The notes below the pieces were generated by a model, which was not told where the DNA came from, did not search any database, and saw only the letters and a program-made list of their open reading frames with translations. Both the position numbers and the translations under genes were made by a program. A stretch of 64,000 bases of DNA. Source: Rhizophagus irregularis. Lineage: Eukaryota. Positions 41,171 through 51,300 of the stretch are shown piece by piece (positions within the stretch are counted from its first letter, which is position 1; the number at the start of each line of letters is the position of its first letter). The stretch covers positions 372,001 through 436,000 of the forward strand of contig NC_089430.1 in assembly GCF_026210795.1 (NCBI RefSeq), read 5' to 3'.

Positions 41171-41789
41171 AAAATAAAAAAATTAAAAAATTAATTTTTT
41201 CTAGAAATTTCTCTAATAAAAAATACTAAGTTTCGTAACAAAGTAAACTATTACAAAACTCACCTTTCCACCTATCCAAACTTGTCTGAACATAACAAAA
41301 TAAAAGGAAATATTAATAAAAATGTTTCCTTCCAAGAAAAAATTTTTTTTTTTTTTTAGTAAAACGAAAAAAAAGGGAATTAAATAATGATAAGTATTGT
41401 AATTGGATAATGATAATCAAAAAAAATGATGTTTCTTTCTAAAAAAAGAAAGAAAAATGATTTTTTTTAAAAAAATCCAAGATCTATTTATGACGCAATA
41501 TTTTTTTTATCCAACCAATTTTTTTTTTACTGCAAAAAAAAAGAGATGTAACACAATATTTTGGGGTTTTTTTTTTAGCTTAGAAAAAAAAAATATTCGT
41601 AGCTTTATTTCTTTGAAGATCATCTAAATCAAATTTGATGTGAAATCCTATTATTTGATGACTAAATTAAACATGCAATGAAAGTGGCACAGGAATGCTT
41701 AATTTGTAATTTTATTCTAATGATATCAAAAGAAGCAATTTGGTAAAAGCAATATTTTTTGCTATTTAGCGTCTATAGCTATAGCTATA

Positions 41790-41874
41790 TAGCAATAGCA
41801 ATAGCAATAGCAATAGCAATAGCAATAGCAATAGCAATTGCTATTGCTATATAGCTATAAAACATAGCTATATA
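41790..41874. repeat. (TAGCAA)8 microsatellite with an adjacent perfect 11-bp-stem hairpin
   Basis: TAGCAA x8 at 41790-41837; TATATAGCTAT-AAAAC-ATAGCTATATA at 41848-41874. Confidence 0.85.
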
Positions 41875-42100
41875 AAATTGAACAATTAAAGTTCACGTTG
41901 TGCATTTCCGAAACTATGAAAAAATGTATGAAGATCGCATAACAAATTCCATATTGAGCGAAAAAGTGAATAAATATGGAAGATGATCGTCAGAAATTTA
42001 TCATCCAAAAGCATACTATCGCTAACAAGAGTAAAAAAAAATTTTTATTTTTTACTGCAGAATTATTATGTTTTTAAGAAATTGAGGAAGAAGTTTGGGA

Positions 42101-42502
42101 TATACATGTTGCCGAAATATTTCAGCTATTTCGCCCACGTGACAAACTCTTCAAAGCAAGATCATCTGATTTCATAGATTTGGCTGAAATTAGGCTTCAA
42201 ATAGGTTAATCTGGGTTTGAAGAACTTATGAAAGAACTTTTGAGGAATTTCGACCAACTTACATAATTTTGGCAGGGCTCTGGAATTTCGGACAACATAT
42301 ATTTAATATATGGCCAAAACTTTAAAATCCGATTCAAAATTATTGCAGATTATGCTGAAATTTTCTGAAGTCTGCCAAAAGTTGCTGCAGATCTGGCCCA
42401 AATTATCTGAGGTTTAAAAAATTTTATTGATATATCTACAAGTAGCTATATTTTGGTGCTGAAATGTGGCCGAAATTGAAAAAAGTTTCGGCAACATGTA
42501 TA
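42101..42502. mobile_element. hAT-like MITE
   Basis: 17-bp perfect TIR TATACATGTTGCCGAAA; 8-bp TSD GTTTGGGA (42093-42100 / 42503-42510). Confidence 0.88.
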
Positions 42503-42515
42503 GTTTGGGAATTCA

Positions 42516-42635
42516 CACAGGTCAAAAAGTGAAAAATCAGGCACCAATCGGTCACCAATCAGGTAGCTGATTGGTGCCTGATTGGTGACCGATTGGTGTC
42601 TGATTGATGCCTGATTTTTCACTTTTCAACCTGTA
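42516..42635. mobile_element. 120-bp fold-back MITE with 3-bp TSD
   Basis: About 34-bp TIR CACAGGTCAAAAAGTGAAAAATCAGGCACCAATC, internal CCAATC/GATTGG repeats, TSD TCA (42513-42515 / 42636-42638). Confidence 0.75.
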
Positions 42636-44926
42636 TCAGTATGTTTGTGTACATGTCAATTTCCGATGTTACGAGATGATTTATGCCAATGTATTTGTGT
42701 ATATCAGTTAACTATATTAAAGATATTGATTTTATATGATAAATTTACTTATATATTGATTTTATATTTATTTTAATTTATTCAATTTATTTATCTACTA
42801 TTATTTATTTTCTTTATTTGTATTATTTATATGTATACAATTTTATTAGGATTTATTAGAAGATAATTGTGTGAGAATTAGTTCAATAGTATTAATTGTC
42901 CAAAATTATCATTTGTGTTCTATTTAAAAGTGGCTTACAATAAAAATTATTGCTATTGTAATATTGTGATGAAACATTGACGATTAGACATCTATAGATT
43001 AGATTTTGCCTTTGATTGTTAGAAAAAGAGATGGCAGTAAGATATAAATATGCCTCTACCAACTCCATAATAGAGGGAGATCTATATAGTTGTTCTTGAG
43101 AATTTTCCCTATCACCTTTATTCGTTTTATTGTAAACCGAAAGTGTCCTTTTATTAAATAAAATCATTACGTTTTGGTTATTTTACATTGTTTCTATATA
43201 TTCCACTTAAGATTTATTTTATATATATCGCGTATTGCTATTAATTGTATTTTATAGTTGTTTACCTTGACGATTCTTAACAAACAATACCGGAAATACC
43301 AGGATAGGTAGTATTGAGTAAGAATCTTGTTGGTATTCATGTAGTTATATGATATAAGTCATCCACTATACGTCCCTTAATTACCGCCATTATTCAGTAA
43401 CAGTAACATTTACCTAAATTATTTTCAAAATTTTATTAAATTATAAATCATTTTATAGGTAAGTTATCAAACAAAAATGAAAATAAGTCAATAGGAACAT
43501 TCATCTGCACCAAATAAAAATATAAAAGGTGTAAACACAATTGTGAAAACTCATATTCTAACACTAGACTTCTTATGTTGAATAAATGCAACAAATTTAA
43601 GCCTAATATTAACTATCAATGCAATTTTATAATTAGGATATTATTTTTTTTTGTTGATATCATTGTATTTTGTTCAACACTAATTATAGAGTATATGTAA
43701 TTTTTTTTTACATAAATAAAAATTAGTTTGTAATTGAACAAATTAAATATAAGATTTGAAAATATTATTAACTGTTAATTTTATGGTGATTAAAATTAAG
43801 AAATAAATTAATAATAAATATAAATACACTAGTAATTATCAATTTTTTTATAAACCTATTATTGGAGAATTATTACTAATAATAATAGCTTCAATAGTGG
43901 ATTTATTGCTAACATTTTCATTCAAAATAATAAAATTTTCTTATTATGAGGTATTTTGTATATCAAATTTATTATACACACTTAATTACTTAATAACAGA
44001 TAAACATGGTGTCTCTTTATTAAATATTAGGTTATGAAAATACTTATCAAGATGGAATGCAAAAAATTGATACTGTATGTACAGGCAAAAAAAAAAATAT
44101 GTAGTTTGAGAATTAAGTTATTTAAATTGATATATTAAAATATCAAATAAAAGTAGAAATTTTTTATAAATTCATGACTAATTAGATGAAATTAGGTCAA
44201 AACTCAAAACGAATCTATAACCAAGGTGATTTCTAATGATATAAAAAAACGTTATTATTAATAAGGAGCTAAAAGTATTAAAAATTTCACTATCTTTTAA
44301 AATTTAAATAGTAAAATTCGCCTAACTTTAGGTGATTATAATTTTATTATTGATTTTAAAGTTTTTACTTTTGGAAAATATTTAAAAGTAGGGTTGTGAA
44401 ACGGAACAATTCTTAATCCAATTCCATTTCCATCATAATTTGAACAATTCTATCAGGATTACTTGTTCAATAAAACCATTACAAAGATGTGAATCTGAAT
44501 GAAGAGAAAGACTACATCAGGAAAAACTGATTTGCCACACCCTGAAAATACACATTAATTGCATATTTAATATATGTAATGTATTTTCCATACAATATAT
44601 TGTAAAAAAATTTGTTAATTTTTATAGTACAAAGAATTATACATATAATATTGTTTTATATTGCATAAATTTTGAGAAATTTAACCATTTGTGCAATATT
44701 GAATACCCTGAAAATTTTGTGATGTAAATTGTTTTGAACTTAATAAGATTTCCCATATATCCAAAGATACTATGGTTCCAAAAAAAAGGTTATTAATCAA
44801 AGATTTAGCTTAAATGTCACACTTTTTTTATAGCTATCAATATAATTGGAAAGTTACTTTTTTTAAACAACATATTCCTTTTCTATTTGCTTATCCACAA
44901 TATTTTAACATTAATAACTAAAAGTA

Positions 44927-46215
44927 CAGTCACGTCCGAAAGTGACGCCCGATTTAAAATTAATGCCAAAAATGGCAAAACTTTATTGATTTTCATTAAA
45001 ATTCACATAAAAAATAATTACTAAAAATGGTTAATAATGTGTTGGCCCTCCCCTTGCTTCTAGTACTGCATTTATTCTTTGTGGCATTGAAGCAACAACC
45101 TCTTCAAAAATGGAGCAATCCAAATTTTCCCATTCTTCACTTAGTGCAACTTTAAGTTCATCCACAGTTCTTGGAAAGACTTTACAACTCTGGATATTGT
45201 CCTTTAACTGCTTCCAGATGTTTTCTATTGGATTTAGATCAGGAGAATTTGCCGGCCAATCAATAACCACAATTTTATTCTTCTTCAACCAATCCTTGGT
45301 TATTTTCGCGGTATGTATGGGTGCATTATCCTGTTGAAAAATTGCAGCCCTTCCTGTTAACTCATGAACTGTATGCTGAAATGGATACAGATATGAATTT
45401 AGGATTCTAATGTAAGTATTTGAATTGATTTTTTTATTTCCTTCTTTATTTTCATCACAAAAAATTAATGGCCCTTTTATCCCTCCTGCAAAACAGCCAC
45501 AAACCATGACTGATTTTTGACCACTTTTAAAGATAGGTGTCAAGCATTCAGTGTTAAACCTTTCCCCTGTGTGTCTCCAAACTCTTATTTGTCGTGACTG
45601 CTTGCCAATCTCAACACTTGATTCATCTGAGAAAATAACTTGTGCCCAATCATAAGCTGTTTTTTCTTTATATTTCTCACACCAACTAATACGAGCTAAT
45701 GCATGCTTTTCTGAGATAAAGGGTTTTTTTGCAGCAACATGGGAATAAATTCCAACACTATGTAATGCTCTTTTAGCAGTTGTAAGGCTGCAATTTAAAT
45801 CTAATGTATTAATGACTTCATGTAAAGGTTCGCATCGATCTTGTGTAACTTTGTTTATGAGTGCATTTTTCTCATTATTATTGAGAGCAGGTGGACACCC
45901 CGATCTAGGTAAATTTTCAGTTTTCCCTGTCTTCTTGTATCTGTCAATAATTCTTCTTATTGTGGTGGGGTCACGACCCATTTTTCTTGCTATTTGTGCA
46001 GGGTTAAAATTCTCCATATATGCTAGTATTTTTCCTTTATCTTGAGAAGTTAACTCAGTTCTATGTGACATTATTTTTTTAACTTTGCAACGCGTTTATT
46101 AGGTTATGAAATTGTGAGAAAAACATTTAAAAATAAAAAAAAGGGGGTATAAATAATGTAAATTTTGTGTATCATAACACCGTACAAAATCGGGCGTCAC
46201 TTTCGGACCTGACTG
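44927..46215 (-). mobile_element. Full-length Tc1/mariner transposon (1,289 bp)
   Basis: 29-bp TIR CAGTCA[C/G]GTCCGAAAGTGACGCCCGATTT (1 mismatch), TA target duplication, and an empty paralogous site at ~59500-59520. Confidence 0.95.
45031..46071 (-). CDS. Tc1-family DD34E transposase, 346 aa
   Basis: N-terminal HTH; IFSDES, FQQDNAPIH, WPANSPDLNPIENIW; 34 residues between the second D and the E. Confidence 0.95.
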   Translation of the reverse strand: MSHRTELTSQDKGKILAYMENFNPAQIARKMGRDPTTIRRIIDRYKKTGKTENLPRSGCPPALNNNEKNALINKVTQDRCEPLHEVINTLDLNCSLTTAKRALHSVGIYSHVAAKKPFISEKHALARISWCEKYKEKTAYDWAQVIFSDESSVEIGKQSRQIRVWRHTGERFNTECLTPIFKSGQKSVMVCGCFAGGIKGPLIFCDENKEGNKKINSNTYIRILNSYLYPFQHTVHELTGRAAIFQQDNAPIHTAKITKDWLKKNKIVVIDWPANSPDLNPIENIWKQLKDNIQSCKVFPRTVDELKVALSEEWENLDCSIFEEVVASMPQRINAVLEARGGPTHY

Positions 46216-48020
46216 TACATATAGTTATATGTAAAAAAATATACTATTATTTTATTGCACCTTCTGAATTTTTTATTTCCTAAAAAAAGATAAAAAGTAT
46301 TATGGCAGCGAAAGTTATTAAATTTGTACAAATATTATAGTTAACTATGATTATTTGTTTGTTCATTAAATAGAATACTGACAGGTGAAGTCAAATCTTT
46401 GGATTGATATTAACTGCAAAATCAATTATCAATTTAATCTTATTACCTTTATTTTATAATCATTCTTTACAATTATAAAACTGTGAAGTATAAATCTACT
46501 TTAATCCTGTACATTAGACTACCACTTTAATGACCCTTTGAGATCCGAAATGATCTTCAACTATAGGGCAACTGGTGTAACAGAGGCTATATCACAAGGA
46601 TAATTAATTTAGTTATCAGAATTTACAATTACAAAACTATTATTAGAGAAATGTAGAACTATGTAAAGAAATTTATTTTAGAAATTTCGTTACAATAAAA
46701 TGGGAAATTTTTATTTTATTGGTCCTTTAATATCTTCTTTTTTTTTAACTTTAACCTTTATTAATATTGTATATTTATGCAATATAATTTATACATCCGT
46801 TAAGTAAAGTGTCTGTAAAATATATATATACCTTCCTTGCTAAAAAAAAATGTTAGTATACCACGAAAATCTAGCAGCAAATCTCTTAAGAGAAGATGTT
46901 AAGGGTACACCATAGGGGTATGTCAATAACGAATTTTTTGGCGAAACTAAACTCGACCCTGCTTTATCATCCCGTGACTAATTTCTCTAAATTTGTTTAC
47001 TCTATTCAACAGTTATTTCTTTTAATTTTTCCTAACGTAAACGTTACATTGTTCGAATTTGTTTGCTTATTTGAACGAAATATTTGCTTATTCGTTATCA
47101 GAGTCGTCTCTTCTTCCCTGCATTTTTTGTTTTCGTTCAATTTTTCTACAACCTTATCTTTTCCTTTGTTAATTATTTCTTCTTTGCAGCTGATCTTGGT
47201 AATTCAAGCACTAAATTCATTATTTAATTGGTTAAAATTTCCTACTACTTCCTTGGTTGGCATTGGAGAAACCACTGATATCTTGAGACTCGATAAAGCA
47301 TCTTCAAATGTTCATCCTCTAAAGGAGGCAGTGCATTTCGGTCTATTGTCTTTCAATATCTTGGCTTTTTAAAACTTCCATCTTTGCCAATGATTTCGTC
47401 TTGTTCTTTAATCTGCAAGCCTTTACTCAGGTCTTCATTCATGGCAGATTCGTATGTGGAGTTAAACAAATCTTGTTCATTATTAAAATACATTAACATA
47501 TATTTATTTTGTTAATTTTAATGATTTTAGCGAAATGGCCTCCATGATTTCGTCAGTATAATTTGCAATTCTATTCCATAAATTTGAAAAGCGGACATAA
47601 TAATTTGTGAATATAATAAAGTTTCCTAGTTGTAATAATCAAAAAGTACTGAAAATATATTAGTATGTCACAAATTAAGTGTGAAAAATATATCGTCAAC
47701 TTCTATAAATCAACTTAATTTTTTGCTCTTTTTAAAGATATCTATTAAACTTACAGTAAAATTTTCAATTATTAATTTTTAAGCTTTATTAGTAATATCC
47801 TTTTGATTTATCCTCAATATATTCACAACCTGTTCTAAATGATCATTATATATAGTATAAGTATAAATATTTAAGTTACTATAATAAAATAAAAATGATG
47901 AAAAATATCTAAAAACCTCTTCATTTGGGTAAGTATATTACTATATAATTCTTATTTTTTCTGTTAATAGAATTGTAAAAGTGTAACCTAAAATCTAATA
48001 TTTATAGCTCAAGAAAGCTA

Positions 48021-48090
48021 TGATCGGAATGTCAATTATTTTGGCCAAAATTAACGTTAATGTTGGCCAAAATGATCAACATTCTGATCA
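48021..48090. repeat. 70-bp spacer-less imperfect palindrome upstream of the kinase gene
   Basis: TGATCGGAATGTCAATTATTTTGGCCAAAATTAAC|GTTAATGTTGGCCAAAATGATCAACATTCTGATCA; 30 of 35 positions pair. Confidence 0.8.
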
Positions 48091-48315
48091 TTCAAGTGAG
48101 CCAAACGATTTTATTTTGATCTGCATTGTACAGTATGACAAATTTATTGAGTAAGTGTTATGCTTAAAGAAAAATGGCGTAATTATTATCACATGATTTC
48201 CAATTCGATTTAAATTTTGTGATAATCATCGCATATTTGTGTAATTGTTTTGACACCTTCTTTAATTAACACCGATTATTGTTTGTTTTTAAAAAAACAA
48301 AAAAAATCCTAAATC

Positions 48316-51300
48316 ATGTCATCTCAAAATGATATTATATGTGAAAGTTGTAATAAAATATATACAGATATTGATCATGAATGGTGTAAACCATGTGTAA
48401 TAAATAACTTAAAAAAAAATATCACGAACTGGACTAGTGGAAATGAAAATATTAATAATTTTATTCGAAAAATGCAATTAAAAATTAAAAAATATGATGA
48501 TATAATTGTTGAATGGATACCTTACAACCAATTTAATAATGTTAAACAAACAAACAAAGATGGTCTTGCTACAGCAATATGGAAGGATGGTTTATTAAAA
48601 TATGATGAAAAAGAAAGGAAACGTAAAAGATTATTTAATATAGAAGTTTCTTTAAAATGCTTGAACAATTCACAATCAAATGAGGTATGAAACTTCTATT
48701 TTTTTTGTAGTTTATTCTTAAAGTGCTTTTATTATAACAACCTTTTATATTAATAGGATGAGACATATTCCATTAAAGTAAATGAATATGATGATATTTT
48801 CAAAATATATGGAATATCCCAAAATCCAGATACAAAAAATTATATTATAGTACTTAATAATAGTTATTGCAAAGAATGTGGTGAAATATATACAAATGTA
48901 TGGGGAAAATGGTGTAAACCATGTGGAATAAATAATTTAAAACAAAATTTTACAAACTGGACTAGTGGGAATAAAAAAATTGACGAATTCATCCAAGAAA
49001 TGCAATTGTTAATTGAAAGTTATAATGATATAATTGTTGAATGGATACCTTATAACCAATTCAATAATGTTAAAAAAATAGGTAAAGATGGCTTTGATAT
49101 AGCAATATGGAAGAATGGTTCATTAAAATACAATTATGAAAAACTAAAATATGAAAGAGAACCTAATAAAGAAGTCACTTTAAAATGCTTGAATAATTCT
49201 CAAAATGTTATCAGTAACTTGCTAAATGAGGTATGAAACTTCTAATTTTTGTAATTTAATTCTTAAAAATACTTTATTTTAACAACTTTTATATTTAACA
49301 GGCTAAAGTATATTCCTATTATGAATATAATATTCCCAAAATATATGGAATATCCCAAAATCCAGGTACAAAAAATTATATTATAGTACTTAATAATAGT
49401 TATTGCAAAGAATGTGGTGAAATATATACAAATGTATGTGGAAAATGGTGTAAACCATGTAGAATAAATAATTTAAACCAAAATTTTACAAACTGCTGGA
49501 CTAGTGGGAATGAAAAAATTGATGAATTCATCCAAGAAATGCAATTGAAATTTGAAATATATGATGATATAATTGTTGAATGGATACCTTATAACCAATT
49601 CAATAATGTTAAAAAAATAGGTAAAGATGGCTTTGCTACAGCAATATGGAAGAATGGTTCATTAAAATACAATTATGAAGAAATAAAATATGAAAGAAAA
49701 CCTAATAAAGAAGTCACTTTAAAATGCTTGAATAATTCTCAAAATGTCATTAGTGGCTTGCTAAATGAGGTATAAAACTTCTAATTTTTGTAATTTAATT
49801 CTTAAAAATACTTTATTATAACAACTTTTATATTTAACAGGCTAAAGCATATTCCTAGTGCCTCGACCCGTATCCGGATCAATCCGGATTGATCCGGATT
49901 TTTTTTTTTTTCGGATATCCGGATTTTCACGGTTTTCATCCGGATTATAAACCGGATGAAAAATATCCGGTTTGACCCGGAATCCGGATGAAATTTTTAT
50001 TATTTTTTTTTTATTAATAATAATTTTGCTGATCCATAAAGATCTATATCTAAATGATATTATGGCTAATTATTTTTGCGCCTAATACCAATTTTTTTAT
50101 TAAAATTTATTAAATTTATATTTGTTATATTAAACTTTTTAATACAGTAAGTTTAAGAAGATTTTTCAATTATAATTTATTTATTGAAGTTTGTATCAGA
50201 TTTGTTTATTTAAATTTATACATTAACAAATAACAAATAATTTTAGATTTCACATTCAAACGTTCAAAAGAAAAAAAACTTTATATTATTTTTGTTAAAA
50301 CAAAATAATAATTATTGTTTTAAATGAAAAATTGTTCAATATTATAAATTTATATAATTATAACGACTTTTTTAAAAAATTAAAACTAGTGTTATATAAT
50401 TTGATTCAAATGATTCTTTAATTTTTGAAAGAAGAAACAAATCCTTAAAAAATTGCCTTACTAACCCAACACATCTATTTATAGTAATCTTTAGCTGTAT
50501 ATAAAAATATCTTGTTTAAAATTTCATAATTAGTTAATTTACAAAGAAATGTTAAACAATAGTCTGAGACAATGCTGAAATAATATGAAATTGTTTTAAA
50601 GAAAAGTATTTAATGAAATTGGAATTATGTAAATTTCGTGGTCTTGGATAATTTTGGCCAAATTTGTAATTCTGGCCGAAATTAAAATCACGTGACACCG
50701 GAAAAATAGTTTAGCCACCGGGCAAAAAATTTTTTATCGGCTGGCATGAAAATTTAATGTTACACAATTTGTAATTCTGGCCGGCGTTATGAATTCTGGC
50801 CAGAATTATTGCCGATCATTTGTAAATCCAATCCGGTTTCCGGTTTCTATCCGGATTATCTGATCCGGATTCAAAATCCGGGTCAATCCGGATATAATCC
50901 GGATTTTTTTTTTGTGTAATCCGGATGACGGTTTTCATCCGGGTCGAAGCACTACATATTCCATTAAAGTAAATGAATGTAATATTCCTAAAATATATGG
51001 AATATCCCAAAATCCAGATACAAATGATTATATTATAGTATTTAATAATAATAGTTGTTGCAAAGAATGTGGTGAAACATATACAGATATATGTAGAAAA
51101 TGGTGTAAACCATGTAGAATAAATAATTTAAAACAAAATTTTACAAACTGGACTAGTGGGAATAAAAAAATTGACGAATTCATCCAAGAAATGCAATTGT
51201 TAATTGAAAGTCATAATGATATAATTGTTGAATGGATACCTTATAACCAATTCAATAATGTTAAAAAAATAGGTAAAGATGGCTTTGCTACAGCAATATA

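Larger units (their letters stand above)
35690..42095 (-). mobile_element. Non-LTR (LINE-like), ORF1-only retroelement insertion with further nested elements
   Basis: Poly(T) on + at 35687-35700 with minus-strand AATAAA about 15 nt upstream. The target duplication TGG[A/G]AATTCAGTATGTTT is recovered at the right end after removing two MITEs. Confidence 0.65.
35622..43402. mobile_element. Solo LTR (copy A), split by a ~7-kb nested insertion (LTR pieces 35622-35689 and ~42639-43402)
   Basis: TGTTAC..GTAACA termini, 4-bp TSD GTAA (35618-35621 / 43403-43406), colinear with 55401-56279. Confidence 0.85.
43410..46520 (+). repeat. Segmental duplication of the kinase 3' flank (paralog at ~55100-59780)
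   Basis: Colinear blocks 43440-44450 ~ 55120-57925 and 44790-46520 ~ 59395-59780, each copy with private insertions. Confidence 0.85.

Noticed and set aside
46896..47600. 158-aa + strand ORF, or a minus-strand ORF1-like remnant
   Set aside because: The + ORF looks like a shadow of a stop-riddled minus-strand sequence; no motif strong enough to name.
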